Shown here piece after piece: positions 20,642 through 32,200 of a stretch of DNA of 64,000 nt (within the stretch, counting starts at the first letter, position 1; every line of letters starts with the position of its first letter). Origin of the DNA: Bacteroidales bacterium (GTDB lineage Bacteria > Bacteroidota > Bacteroidia > Bacteroidales > P3); contig JAKVOZ010000002.1 of assembly GCA_022482545.1 (NCBI GenBank), positions 66,473 to 130,472 on the forward strand, in the 5' to 3' direction. Made by a program: the position numbers and the translations under genes. The notes under the pieces are model-generated. The model worked only from the letters and a program-made list of their open reading frames with translations. It searched no databases and was not told where the DNA came from.

Positions 20642-23265
20642 TAAATCCTTTTATAATCTTTGTTTTGTATAAATCCTTCTTTTCTATCTTCTGTACGAAC
20701 TCTCAACCATGAATTTTCGTCATCTTTAATTATTCTTATTTTTTGTCCTTTATATAGAACGGAAACATTTTTAGAAGTATTGTTTTCGCTTTGTTTCATT
20801 TTAGTATTGGATTTCATTATTATTGCATAAGAGTCATCGTTTTGAATGTTTTGTCTGTATATGCCGAAACCACAACAGATTAAACTTAAAAGAAAAGCAG
20901 ATAAACAAAGATAAAAGAATAATTGTTTTTTGTTTTGAGAAAAATAGTAAAGAAAAAATAGGACACAAGACGAAACGAAAAGAATTATCATTATTATTGC
21001 CCACATAACAATAGATAAAGAGCCAGCAATTATTTTACTATAACGAATAGCAAACCAATCAGGAATAATATAACAGTCGCCAATAAGACGAGCTCTTGTT
21101 ACTTTAATATTCAATTGTGTTGTTTTGTCGTTAGGCGATAGTTTTAATGCTTTTTCATAATAAAGAATACTGTTAGCATAGTCGGATAAACGAAAATATG
21201 TTGCTCCTATGGAAGAATAAACTGATTTAGATGGTTCCTTTTGGGCTAATTTTTTATAGCAAACAAGAGCTGAATCATAATTTTTTATACTATATTGATG
21301 ATTAGCTTGTTCAAGTGTTTGACTATTTGCAGATAATCCTACAAACAAACACATAATAAATAGAATACAAGGAAGATTTTTCATCTTTTTAGTTTTTAAT
21401 TGTTGTTCAATAGAAGAAATAACATCAACTGTATCATCGTATATTGTTTGGTCGGCATTAACTGTTTTGTCCTGAGAAAAACGAATATATTGGCAACGAT
21501 TAAGTATGGATACAAGATTATTGACAACATCTTCATCTATGTTTAGTTCTAATAACTTATTTTGACAAGATTCAATACTGAAATCAGATTTATTTATTTT
21601 AAACCTATCAAGTAAGTAATTCCAAAGGGCTATTGCTATTTCATCTTCAAATTCAGTTGTTAGATTTTTATCTAATAATTTACGTGCTTTTTTCAATCGT
21701 TTTATAGCAACTCGTGTGGCTTTTTTCCTTTTCATATTAACAATATCAGACGATTCTTTTAAATGTTTTTTCATAAAAAAGATAGCAACGAATAAAGCAA
21801 TTAATAAGAATAGTGGAATGATATAGATTAAATAATTATCAAAAATATGTCTTTCTTTATCATAAATACCAAAGAATATAGGATTTTGAATATCCATATT
21901 TTTGTATTTTGCTCTTTCATCAAGTTGTGTAGCATAGTCTTTATCAACATTACCTTTGTCAATATGAATTTTATAACCTTCTGTTGATAATGTAACATAT
22001 TTATTGTTAGATATATCAAAATAAGATATATTTAAAGGCGGTATATTGAAATCTCCTTCAACTCTTGGTATTATAAGATAACGAAACGTTCTACTACCTT
22101 GTAATCCAGAAGAAGTTTTTGATATATTGTCTGTTATCTCAGGGTCAGAAACTTCAAATTCGTCAGGAAGATTTAATGGAAGATTATTAATAAGAGTTAT
22201 ATTTCCTTTGCCAGATATTGTGTAGGTAAGAGTGAAAGCATCAAAAGCCTTTACTTTTTTTGTGGAGATATTAGAAGTTATAGAAAATTTGCCAACACCA
22301 CCGCAATAATCTTTTGGTTCATTTGGTAATTCTTTAACATTAAACGTGATAGCATTTGTTTGAAGTTTTCTTTTTACACTTTGATAACTTGTTGTAGATG
22401 CAGCAAAGAAAGGGTCGTTAAGGAATTGGTCAAAGAAAGGATCTCCCGTAGAAAACTTTCTTTGAGAATGTGTTTGAATATGAGCAACAATAGTTAAAGA
22501 CATTGGCTTAATTGTTAATATGCCAGACTTTTGCGGATATACAATAACCTTACGAAGTGTTGCAACTTGGTATCTTTGACCATTAAAAGATTCTATGCTA
22601 AGATGAGGGTCGTCTTGTTTATCAAGCTCTTCAATCCAAAAGCCTATTGAAGACGGTATCTTTTCTATTTGATATTCAGAAACAGGTATTAGTGTGTAAA
22701 GTTTATAAGATATAACAACTTCTTCTCCTTTAACAACATTTGTTTTACTTGGTATTGCACGAACAAACAAAGCTTTATTGTCAATATTTATTTGAGAAGC
22801 TTTTTGTTGTGGTTGTCTTTGTGCTTGTGGTTGATATGTAGTAAAACCACCTTGACTTCTTCTTTGAGATTGAGTTGGATTTTTTTCTACTTTTATTGTT
22901 AAACCATTAGATTGATATACTTTTCCATTTGCTCTTATTTTTGCAGGAGGAATATGAATAGTACCAACAGAAAGACTTTGAAGAGTATAAGTGTAAGTAT
23001 AAGAAGAAGAATTAGAGACTCTTCCATTAATAATAGTAGTGCTTGATGATGAAGATGTGCTTGGACCTGCCATAATATTAACACCTCTAAATGTCGGAGC
23101 AATAAAATTGGAAGGATTCTTAACATTAGATATAGTGAAATTAACAGAAAATCCTTCATTGACTCCTACAACAGAAGGTCCTTTTGCTCTAAAAGATACT
23201 TGACAAAAGCATATATTGAAAACAAATAATGTTACAACAAATATTAAAAGTTTTGTTTTTTTCAT
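20641..23265 (-). CDS. batD: BatD-BatE fusion protein (BatD oxygen-tolerance domain, then TPR + TM + SH3-like BatE part)
   Basis: The ORF runs to 23364, but the signal-peptide start MKKTKLLIFVVTLFVFNICFCQ is at 23265, just after the batC stop. A second signal-like segment, MKNLPCILFIMCLFVGLSANSQ, starts in frame at 21384. Confidence 0.8.
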   Translation of the reverse strand: MKKTKLLIFVVTLFVFNICFCQVSFRAKGPSVVGVNEGFSVNFTISNVKNPSNFIAPTFRGVNIMAGPSTSSSSSTTIINGRVSNSSSYTYTYTLQSLSVGTIHIPPAKIRANGKVYQSNGLTIKVEKNPTQSQRRSQGGFTTYQPQAQRQPQQKASQINIDNKALFVRAIPSKTNVVKGEEVVISYKLYTLIPVSEYQIEKIPSSIGFWIEELDKQDDPHLSIESFNGQRYQVATLRKVIVYPQKSGILTIKPMSLTIVAHIQTHSQRKFSTGDPFFDQFLNDPFFAASTTSYQSVKRKLQTNAITFNVKELPNEPKDYCGGVGKFSITSNISTKKVKAFDAFTLTYTISGKGNITLINNLPLNLPDEFEVSDPEITDNISKTSSGLQGSRTFRYLIIPRVEGDFNIPPLNISYFDISNNKYVTLSTEGYKIHIDKGNVDKDYATQLDERAKYKNMDIQNPIFFGIYDKERHIFDNYLIYIIPLFLLIALFVAIFFMKKHLKESSDIVNMKRKKATRVAIKRLKKARKLLDKNLTTEFEDEIAIALWNYLLDRFKINKSDFSIESCQNKLLELNIDEDVVNNLVSILNRCQYIRFSQDKTVNADQTIYDDTVDVISSIEQQLKTKKMKNLPCILFIMCLFVGLSANSQTLEQANHQYSIKNYDSALVCYKKLAQKEPSKSVYSSIGATYFRLSDYANSILYYEKALKLSPNDKTTQLNIKVTRARLIGDCYIIPDWFAIRYSKIIAGSLSIVMWAIIMIILFVSSCVLFFLYYFSQNKKQLFFYLCLSAFLLSLICCGFGIYRQNIQNDDSYAIIMKSNTKMKQSENNTSKNVSVLYKGQKIRIIKDDENSWLRVRTEDRKEGFIQNKDYKRI

Positions 23266-23269
23266 AAGT

Positions 23270-23935
23270 CTACCAATCTTTATCATTAGTTTGTCTTTGA
23301 TTTTGTTTGTCTTTTTGTTCTTTAACTTTGCGTAAAGTCTTTTTCTCATTATTATTAAGAGCATCTAACATTCTTTGAGTTTGTTGTTGGTTTTGATTTT
23401 GTTGAGGCTGAGGTTGATTTTGAGGTTGGTTTTGTTGTTGGCTTCTGCTATTATTATTGTTCTTTAATAACCATAAACACAAAGCAAGATTATATTTACT
23501 GTCTTTATCTTTTGGATTAAGAATTAGTGAGTTCTTATAGTCTTTTACTGCTGCTTGTAATAGTTTAGATGATTTATCACTCCCTTTTATTGAAGCACTT
23601 TGAGATAATGAAAAATAAGTATTTCCTCTATTGTAGTAGGCATTAGCAGTGTTTAAAGAATCTTCTTTTGTTTTACCTGTCTTTTTTTCAAGGTATTTGT
23701 TGTAAAATTTTAATGATTTAACATAATCCTTACCTTTATAAGAACTATTAGCTAAATTATATTGTGCAACATTATAAGTAGAATCACTTTTTATTGCTTT
23801 TTGATAATATTTTGTTGCAGAAGAATATTCTTTTTTATTGTATTTTCTATTAGCTTTTCTTGTATATTGTTTAGCTTTATCACAAGAAATAAAACCTAAA
23901 CAAGTTATCATCAATATTATTAATATATTTTTCAT
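23270..23935 (-). CDS. batC: BatC-like TPR lipoprotein with Q/N-rich tail
   Basis: 221 aa. Signal + Cys (GFISC), TPR-like Y/A repeats. Operon position. Confidence 0.75.
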   Translation of the reverse strand: MKNILIILMITCLGFISCDKAKQYTRKANRKYNKKEYSSATKYYQKAIKSDSTYNVAQYNLANSSYKGKDYVKSLKFYNKYLEKKTGKTKEDSLNTANAYYNRGNTYFSLSQSASIKGSDKSSKLLQAAVKDYKNSLILNPKDKDSKYNLALCLWLLKNNNNSRSQQQNQPQNQPQPQQNQNQQQTQRMLDALNNNEKKTLRKVKEQKDKQNQRQTNDKDW

Positions 23936-23941
23936 CTTTAA

Positions 23942-24979
23942 TTACTCCTTCCCAAAAAATAATTTTCTATTAATAAATTTATTCTTAGAATTATAAACAA
24001 AAAATTCAATAATAAGTAAGAGTAAGCCAATGATAGCAAATAAATAGAACACGGTTGTGTATTCTCTAAAAGCCATTGCTTCGTATTGTTTCTTATCCAT
24101 CTTACTCAAACTCTTTAATATGTTATCTAATCCTAAGCTTGCGTTGTTTGCTTGTATGTATTCACCACCACCAACTTTTGCAATACTTTTTAATGTCTGT
24201 TCATTAAGATGAGTTATAACAATATTACCTTCTTTATCTTTCTTATATTGAAAACCATTACCATTATTAATAGGTATTTTTGAACCTTCCTTACTTCCAA
24301 TACCAATACAATTTATTATTATACCTTTTTTTGAAATATCACCTGCTAAATCTATTGCCTTATCTTGGTTTTCTTCTCCATCAGATATTAAAACAATGGC
24401 ACGAGAATGATTAGAAACATTTTCTTGTCTAAAAGCATTGGAAGCCAAATCAAGAGCTTCACTAATATTTGTTCCTTGGTTTTCTACTAATTTAGTATCT
24501 ATAACATCAACAAACATTTTTGCTGTTGCATAATCAGATGTTAATGGAAGAAAAGTGAAACTACTACCAGCAAAAACAACAATACCAATACGATCTCCTT
24601 GTAATTGAGTTATAAGTTGATTAATTGAAAGTTTTGCTCTTGATAATCTATCGGGTGTAAGATCATTTGCAAGCATAGAGTTGGAGATATCTAAACAAAT
24701 AATAATATCACATCCTTTTCTATCTTTCTTTCCTGTTGATGATGCTACTTCTGGATTGGCTGATGCTAAAACAATAAAAAAGAAAGCCAAGCAAAGAAGT
24801 GTGAATTTTAATCTTTGTTTGCCAAAAGAGAGTAAAGGAAGTACTGTTTTTTGAAGATTAATGTCTATTATTTTATTTAAGTCTTTCTTTTTCTTGTTTT
24901 GAAATATAACAAAACATAATATTCCAATAGGAATGAGTAAAAGCAACCAAAGTATTATAGGATATTCAAATTTAAACAT
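23942..24979 (-). CDS. batB: BatB, von Willebrand factor A domain membrane protein
   Basis: 345 aa, MIDAS motif DISNSM, N- and C-terminal TM segments. Confidence 0.85.
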   Translation of the reverse strand: MFKFEYPIILWLLLLIPIGILCFVIFQNKKKKDLNKIIDINLQKTVLPLLSFGKQRLKFTLLCLAFFFIVLASANPEVASSTGKKDRKGCDIIICLDISNSMLANDLTPDRLSRAKLSINQLITQLQGDRIGIVVFAGSSFTFLPLTSDYATAKMFVDVIDTKLVENQGTNISEALDLASNAFRQENVSNHSRAIVLISDGEENQDKAIDLAGDISKKGIIINCIGIGSKEGSKIPINNGNGFQYKKDKEGNIVITHLNEQTLKSIAKVGGGEYIQANNASLGLDNILKSLSKMDKKQYEAMAFREYTTVFYLFAIIGLLLLIIEFFVYNSKNKFINRKLFFGKE

Positions 24980-24991
24980 AATTCAAAAGTT

Positions 24992-25984
24992 TTAAAATTT
25001 AGACCTAAAAACTACAAATCTTAAAAAGCTTTCAAGAACTAACAATATTAATGCAACAAAAACAAAACGATAACCAACATCTCTTGTCTGTTGATAGAAG
25101 GAAACATTAATTCTTGATTTTTCCATTTTATCTATTTCTTGGAATATATTTTCTAATGAAGAATTTTCTGTACTTCTAAAATATTTTCCAGATGTTTCTT
25201 TGGCAATATTTTTTAGAAGTCCTTCGTCAATTTCTACTGGAACATTTTGATATTGTTTGCCAAAAGGTGTTTGATAAGGGTATGGAGCATAACCTTGTTT
25301 GCCTACACCAATAGTATAAACTCTTATACCATATTGTTTAGCAAAATTTGCTGCAGAAATAGGGTCAACTTGACCAGTATTATTAACTCCATCTGTTATT
25401 AAAATTATTACCTTGCTTTTTGTTTTGCTATCTTTTATTCTATTTATTGCTACTGCTAAACCATCGCCAATAGCTGTACCATCTTCCAAATTGCCACTTT
25501 CTGTTGTAGATAAAAGATGCAAAAGAACATTATGATCTATCGTTGGAGGACATTGAGTAAAAGCTTCACCTGAAAAAACTACTAAACCAATAGCATCTGT
25601 TGTTCTATTTTCAATAAATTCTTTGGCAACGCTTTTTGCACATTCCAAACGATTAGGTTTAAAATCTTCTGAAAGCATAGAAGGCGAAACATCTAATGCA
25701 ACAACAATATTTATTCCTTCAATATCTTTATTGTCTTTTGAAAGATAGAAATGAGGACGAGCTATTGCTATAATAATAATCGCAATAATAAGGACTCTTA
25801 AATAATCAGGAATTAATCTAAACTTTATTCTCCAAGTTTTTCTTGCTTTACTGAATTGATTAATATCTGAATATTTTAAACTTGTATGGCGTTTCTTGTC
25901 TTTTAAAATAATAAAGACAATAAATAATGGTATTAATAATAACAATAAAAGTAAATATGGATATGAAAAAGACAAACTACTCAT
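24992..25984 (-). CDS. batA: BatA, von Willebrand factor A domain membrane protein
   Basis: MIDAS motif DVSPSM. The ORF extends to 26005, but MSSLSFSYPYLLLLLLLIP at 25984 is the likelier start. Confidence 0.85.
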   Translation of the reverse strand: MSSLSFSYPYLLLLLLLIPLFIVFIILKDKKRHTSLKYSDINQFSKARKTWRIKFRLIPDYLRVLIIAIIIIAIARPHFYLSKDNKDIEGINIVVALDVSPSMLSEDFKPNRLECAKSVAKEFIENRTTDAIGLVVFSGEAFTQCPPTIDHNVLLHLLSTTESGNLEDGTAIGDGLAVAINRIKDSKTKSKVIILITDGVNNTGQVDPISAANFAKQYGIRVYTIGVGKQGYAPYPYQTPFGKQYQNVPVEIDEGLLKNIAKETSGKYFRSTENSSLENIFQEIDKMEKSRINVSFYQQTRDVGYRFVFVALILLVLESFLRFVVFRSKF

Positions 25985-26906
25985 TATCTTTATCCTCCTT
26001 CTCAATAATTATTCGTTTTGTATTATTTATGAAATCACTACTTTCTTGCATTATTTTAGTGTTCGTTATATTGTCTGGAATATATTTTGCAAATTTAACT
26101 AAATCAGAAACAATGAATATATCTTTTAATGTATTCTTGTTGTCATTATTTGGTTCTTTGTTATTTAAATCATTTAATATTTGAGAAGAAGTCATTTCAA
26201 AAGCATTGATATCGTATCTTCTATATAAATATTTCCAAAGAATATCAGAAAGAGAGATATAGTGTTGTTTAACTAATCCTTTTTCTAATAAGTGTTCTTG
26301 ACGAAGATTCTCTAAATTATTAAGGGCTTCAATATCTTCTGGTAAAGGTTTTTCAATCTTTTTAGGTATGATAGTTATGTGAGTCTTTTTATGTTTAACA
26401 AGATAAATTATTCCGTAAATTATACCACCTAAAATTAATAATCCTATAATGAAAGGTAATATTTCAATAAAAGTTATTGGTGATTTTTGTATTGGTTTAA
26501 TATCTTTTATAGCGACAGAGTTTGTGTCAATAGTGGGAGTTGAGACAACGATAGGAAAACAATTTACATTATATATAGGAGTAGAGGAAGAATTCTTCAT
26601 AATATAAAATGTAGGTAGATTATGTATTCCTTCAATAAATGATATAAAAGAAAATTTGAAAGATAAAATGGTTTTGCCATCTTCTTTTATTGTGTCTATT
26701 TTTTGATTTAGAAGTTGCAATGTATCTGAATATTGAAACTGAGTAACAGCAGAAAGATTGTTGTTTGAAAATGGAATAGAAAAACTATATTCTATTTTAT
26801 CACCTATTAAGTATTTGCTTTTGTCTGTTTTGCCAGAGATATTTTGAGCAACAATGGCAGTAGAAACAATAAATAAAATTAATATTAAACTTATTATCTT
26901 TTTCAT
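25977..26906 (-). CDS. membrane protein of the bat operon (unknown function)
   Basis: 309 aa. Signal peptide, central TM segment (IIGLLILGGIIYGIIYLV). Slot between DUF58 and batA, as in Bacteroides bat operons. Confidence 0.7.
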   Translation of the reverse strand: MKKIISLILILFIVSTAIVAQNISGKTDKSKYLIGDKIEYSFSIPFSNNNLSAVTQFQYSDTLQLLNQKIDTIKEDGKTILSFKFSFISFIEGIHNLPTFYIMKNSSSTPIYNVNCFPIVVSTPTIDTNSVAIKDIKPIQKSPITFIEILPFIIGLLILGGIIYGIIYLVKHKKTHITIIPKKIEKPLPEDIEALNNLENLRQEHLLEKGLVKQHYISLSDILWKYLYRRYDINAFEMTSSQILNDLNNKEPNNDNKNTLKDIFIVSDLVKFAKYIPDNITNTKIMQESSDFINNTKRIIIEKEDKDNE

Positions 26907-26909
26907 TTT

Positions 26910-27776
26910 CTATAATCTTTCTCTATTAGCAAATAGTTTAATTAAAGCTTTTGTATAGTCATCATTTGTTTTGATGTTTACATAGTCAATACCAAACTTA
27001 GTAAATGTTTGAATAAGTTCTTTTTGCTGATGTTTTCTATATTTTTCAAATTCTTTTCTTGTCTTATCATCAGATGAATCTATCCAAACAGAAGATTTTT
27101 TTTCGCAATCTTCAATTAGAACCATACCAATATCAGCAAGAGTGAATTCCATAGGATCATTAACTATTATAGAACAAACATCATGCTTTCTTGAAAATAT
27201 TTGCAATCCTTTATCAAATGTTCCAAAACCATCTGTTATTAAAAAACAAGTGCATCTTTTTTTTATTACATTATTTAGAAACTCAAAAGGACCTTTAAAT
27301 GAAGTCATATTGTTAGTTCTCTTAAATGAAAGCAACTCTCTAATTATTCTTAAACAATGAGAAGAACCTTTTTTGGGTGGAATATAAAGCTCAACTTTAT
27401 CAGAAAAAAGAATAGCTCCAACTTTATCATTATTAGATATCGCAGAAAAAGCTAATATTGCAGCAATTTCTGTTATTGTATCTGTTTTTAAACAAGTATT
27501 TGTTCCAAAATTTGTTGAGCCACTAACATCAATCATAAGCATTATTGTTAGTTCTCTTTCTTCTTCAAATATTTTTACAAAAGGGTGATTGAATCTTGCA
27601 GATACATTCCAATCAATACTTCTTATTTCATCGCCATAAGAATATTCTCTTACTTCGGAAAAAGTCATACCTCTACCTTTAAATGCACTTCTATATTGCC
27701 CAGAGAATACATTTTTTGATAAACCTTTGGCTTTAATCTCTACTTTATGTACTTTTTTTAATAAATCAGAATACAT
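26910..27776 (-). CDS. DUF58 family protein
   Basis: 288 aa, VREYSYGDEIRSIDWNVSAR...MIDVSGS. Follows moxR. Confidence 0.85.
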   Translation of the reverse strand: MYSDLLKKVHKVEIKAKGLSKNVFSGQYRSAFKGRGMTFSEVREYSYGDEIRSIDWNVSARFNHPFVKIFEEERELTIMLMIDVSGSTNFGTNTCLKTDTITEIAAILAFSAISNNDKVGAILFSDKVELYIPPKKGSSHCLRIIRELLSFKRTNNMTSFKGPFEFLNNVIKKRCTCFLITDGFGTFDKGLQIFSRKHDVCSIIVNDPMEFTLADIGMVLIEDCEKKSSVWIDSSDDKTRKEFEKYRKHQQKELIQTFTKFGIDYVNIKTNDDYTKALIKLFANRERL

Positions 27777-27781
27777 AATTA

Positions 27782-28765
27782 TTAAGGAACATCAACCCTG
27801 TTAATTATTTCGTTGATAATATCAACACTTGTTATATTTTCTGCTTCTGCTTCATAAGTTAAACCTATCCTATGACGAAGAACATCAGGACAAATAGCAA
27901 CTACGTCTTCTGGAACGACATAACCTCTTCTATGAATAAAAGCATAAGCTCTTGCAGCAAAGGCTAAACATATAGAAGCTCTTGGAGAACCACCAAAAGC
28001 AATAAAAGGTTTTATCTTTTTTAATTCATAATTTTCAGGAAAACGAGAAGCAAATACAATGTCAGTAATATAATTCTCTATCTTTTGATCAATATAAACT
28101 TCTTTTACAATCTCTCTTGCCTTAATAATATCTTCTGTTGAAACAATAGCAGAAGTTTGATTTTGAGATAAACTTATTTTTTGATGTAGTATTTGTCTTT
28201 CTTCTTCAATAGTAGGATAAGATACAACAACTTTTAACATAAATCTATCTAATTGTGCTTCTGGTAATGGGTAAGTTCCTTCTTGTTCAATAGGGTTTTG
28301 AGTTGCAAGTACAAGAAAAGGATTATCTAATTTATATGATTTTTCTCCCAAAGTTACTTGTCTTTCTTGCATAGCTTCTAAAAGAGCAGATTGAACTTTT
28401 GCAGGAGCACGGTTTATTTCATCTGCTAATATGAAGTTGGAAAATATAGGACCTTTCTTTACAATAAATGAAGAATTTTGAGGATTATAAACCATTGTTC
28501 CTATAATATCAGCAGGAAGTAAATCAGGAGTAAATTGAATACGAGAAAAGCCTGCATTAATAGATTTTGCAAGAGCAGAAATAGCCAAAGTTTTAGCAAG
28601 ACCAGGAACACCTTCTAAAAGAATATGTCCATCAGAAAGTAATCCAATCAAAAGTCTTTCAACCATTGCTTTTTGGCCAACAATAGTTTTTCCTAATTCT
28701 GTTGTAATGGCATCAACAAAAGCACTTTCTTGTTCAATTTTTTTATTTAATTCAATAATATCCAT
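27782..28765 (-). CDS. moxR: MoxR-family AAA+ ATPase
   Basis: 327 aa, Walker A GVPGLAKT, Walker B LADEINRAPAKVQSALLEAMQE. Confidence 0.92.
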   Translation of the reverse strand: MDIIELNKKIEQESAFVDAITTELGKTIVGQKAMVERLLIGLLSDGHILLEGVPGLAKTLAISALAKSINAGFSRIQFTPDLLPADIIGTMVYNPQNSSFIVKKGPIFSNFILADEINRAPAKVQSALLEAMQERQVTLGEKSYKLDNPFLVLATQNPIEQEGTYPLPEAQLDRFMLKVVVSYPTIEEERQILHQKISLSQNQTSAIVSTEDIIKAREIVKEVYIDQKIENYITDIVFASRFPENYELKKIKPFIAFGGSPRASICLAFAARAYAFIHRRGYVVPEDVVAICPDVLRHRIGLTYEAEAENITSVDIINEIINRVDVP

Positions 28766-28803
28766 ATAGTATTTTTTTTATCTTCAAAAGTTTTAAACGA
28801 TAA

Positions 28804-28811
28804 CAAATTTA
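28804..28811 (-). promoter_or_regulatory. candidate -7 box TAAATTTG for the moxR-bat operon
   Basis: Plus-strand CAAATTTA, 39 nt upstream of the ATG at 28765. Confidence 0.4.
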
Positions 28812-28948
28812 ATTTATTACAAAATTTATAATTTTTTTGTCTTTTGCTAATAAATTTGAGAGAATTATGCTATTTTTATAATGCAGAAAGATTATAATAT
28901 TACCAATAAAAATGATGTAGTAAAATAAATCTTCGTAATGTTTTTCTT

Positions 28949-29011
28949 AAAACGAGGAAATAATTGCAAAAAACGAAGGAATAATTGCAAAAAACGAAGA
29001 AATATTTTTTT
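28949..29011. repeat. D-array: 3 tandem 21-bp units AAAACGARGRAATAATTGCAA
   Basis: Units at 28949, 28970 and 28991, in the divergent moxR / BNR-protein spacer. Confidence 0.8.
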
Positions 29012-29185
29012 GTAATTAATACAATAATTTAATAGCATAAAAATTAAAAAAATAAATAAAGAAATAACATAAAAACACTATGATTTTGTAGTATAAATAT
29101 CTGATTTATAAAGTGAGAATTACAAAAAAAATAATAAAACTAATAATTTTTTGAAATAAAAAGTTTGTATATTATTTTTTTTATG

Positions 29186-29193
29186 TACCTTTG
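29186..29193 (+). promoter_or_regulatory. candidate -7 box TACCTTTG
   Basis: Matches TAnnTTTG, 70 nt upstream of the ATG at 29263. Confidence 0.45.
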
Positions 29194-29262
29194 CCACTTA
29201 AAATAATAGTTAAAATTTGGAATAAAAGTATTAGAATTAATAAGAAATAAACTAAATACATT

Positions 29263-32200
29263 ATGAAAAACAGAAAGTTACTTTTAAGTTTATTAATTTT
29301 CACTTTCGTAGGAATGCTCACAAGTTCAACAAGAGCAGTTTCATCAATAACAATAAATGCAGATGGTAATACGGGAAGTGAAAAATCATGGACATCAATA
29401 GGTCCAAATAACGTTAGCGGACGTGTTCGTTCAGCTATGTTTGATAAATACAACAAAGGCGTTGTTTATGCAGGTACAGTAGGCGGAGGTTTATATGTTA
29501 GTGTAAATAACGGTAAAAATTGGAAAGAAGTAAAGCTAGGAAATGGAGAAGGAATAGCAGTAACAGCCTTAGCTCAAGATGAGAATGGAATTGTTTATGT
29601 AGGGACAGGAGAAGGATACTATGCAAACGCTTTACATAACGAGAATCCAACAGGACATAGTAATAATACTTCTGGTATGATAGGTACCGGAATTTATAAA
29701 ATGACTGTTCCGTCAGATTATAATAAAGCATGGGCAACAGGATTGACAGATCAAGCAAAATATACTTATATTTTAAATAATATAGTTTTTAATGTTTTGC
29801 CAACGACTAAGCCAACTAATCGTTATGATATTTCAGATAAATGGGCATACATTAATGAAATGGCATGCGTAGGAACAACTGTTTATGTAGGAACAAAGAA
29901 TGCAGGATTACAAGTATCAACTGATGGTGGAACAACATTTACAAATGTTCCATTGGAAGGAAATGCTTCAATTAATATATATGATTTAAAAGTTAATGCT
30001 AACAATAGACTTGCAGTATCTTACGACAATCAAGGTGGTAGAGTAGCAATAAATACAGTTGAAAATCCAACAACATTTACAAAAATATTTGATAATACAT
30101 CAATAGGATATTCTGCAGATACAACAGTTATAGGAAGAATTAAATTGTCATTTGGACAAAAGAATCCAAATACATTATGTGTTGTAGCTACTGATTATTT
30201 ATCAGATTATAATTATAATTATTTCGGAGCTTATGGATCATTGAGAGGTGTTTATTTAACAAGACAATTAGATAATGCTTCATGGAGTTCAATAACATCA
30301 AGTAATGTAGGTTTAGGTTCTACTTTGGGAAATGCAATGGCTGTTTGTGTTAATGATAGAGATATTGTTGAGAAAGTTTATGTTGGAGGAACAACAATTA
30401 AACAAGGATATGATAACAATGGTGTAGGAATATTTTCATTTTCTTCAATGGCATCAAATACAGTAGAACATACATCAGCATTTTATGTAGCACCAAATAT
30501 TCATAATATATTAATGTTAGATAATCCACAAACATTAGCTGATTCTATTTTTCTTATGGTAACAACAGATGCAGGAATATTTACATATCAATTTGATAGC
30601 TTACTTCACGGAGCAAGATGGATTCCATCAAATTTTGGAATGAATAGTTTGCAAGCATATAAAGTAGCAGGTGGTGCAGATGGTTCAATAGTAGCAGCAA
30701 GCCAAAGTAATGCTATAACATATATGATAGGAACAAAAGATAATGATACTTTAAGTAGAGCAGAAACAATATGGTCAATAAACAATCCTGATTATTTAAC
30801 ATTAGTTTCAAATGAAGGAGATGCTTATATGGGATATAATTCAAGTATGTGGAGTGGTAGTAACGTTGCAGCATCTGCAATAAACAAAACATTACCACAA
30901 CAAAGAAAACCATTTATATTAGCACGTCCAAATAATAACATAACAAGAACTTATGGAAATAAAGGTGATTATGAAACAATAAATACTAATACTTGGACTT
31001 ATGGTGGAGGAGTATCTCAATTGTTATTTAATGGTAATGCTTATTCAGATTTAGCATTAGCTCCATTTAATACTCCAATGGCTTTTTGGGAAACATTTAA
31101 TGCTTCAACAAAAGTGAAAGATAGTGTTTATTTAAAATTGACAGAACATAGCGTAATACATAGAAATGGAAAACTTTTACCATGTATAAATGGAGAAAGA
31201 ATATTAGACGGAGATTCTGTAATGGTTCAAAGTGATAATTTAGGTTATCCATTCTTCCATGTATTTAATAAAACAGCAGAGAGTGTTGGGGATACAGTAA
31301 TATTTAAGAATCAAGATACATCAATATTAGTTCAAAGTCCTGTTCAAGCTCGTCTTTTAATAGGAACAAATGCAGGTGCTTTCTTAACAACTAAGATTTT
31401 AGATTTTTCAAGAACATTCCAATTATATCCAACAAAAACAGACCTTGCTTGGGGTAGAATATTTACAGTTCCAGGAACAGATTCTATAAATAAATTAAAT
31501 TCAAGAATACATACATTAGCTTTATCAATGGACGGCAATTATGCTTTCATCGCAATAGATAAATATTCTAATTATTCAACTTATGAAAAAACACAACTTT
31601 TAAGAATTAAAGGTTTGAATGAATCAGATTTAGCAGATGCAATTGAATTTAAAGGTGCAAGTGCAGATATTAATAGATTTGTTTTAGATACAATAGCAAC
31701 ATTTACAAGACAAATATCATCAATAAGATGTAATCCAATAGATTCAACAAAGATGGTTATAACATTTGATGGTTATAATCCTTCAAATGCAAACGTAATG
31801 TATTCTAATGATGTTTTGTCAGCAACTCCAACATTTAATGATATAAGTTTATCAGCGGATAAAACAAAACCAGTATTTACTGCATTGTATGAAACAATGA
31901 AAAATGCAACAGGAAATGTACTTTATGTAGGAAGTGATGATGGTATTTATAAGACAACAAATTATATGGCAGCAAATGTTGATTGGACATTAGAAGATTC
32001 AACATTAAATGTTCCTGTTTATGATTTGTGGCAACAAATACAAAACCAACCTATGATTCACTATTACACATATTCAGGAAGCAATTCAGAAGAAGTTCAA
32101 TTCAATGCAACTCAAAATCCTGGTATTATGTATGCAGCAACTTATGGTAAAGGTATTTTAATGAATAAGAAAAATATTGTAGAAGGTAAGCCAGATGTAT

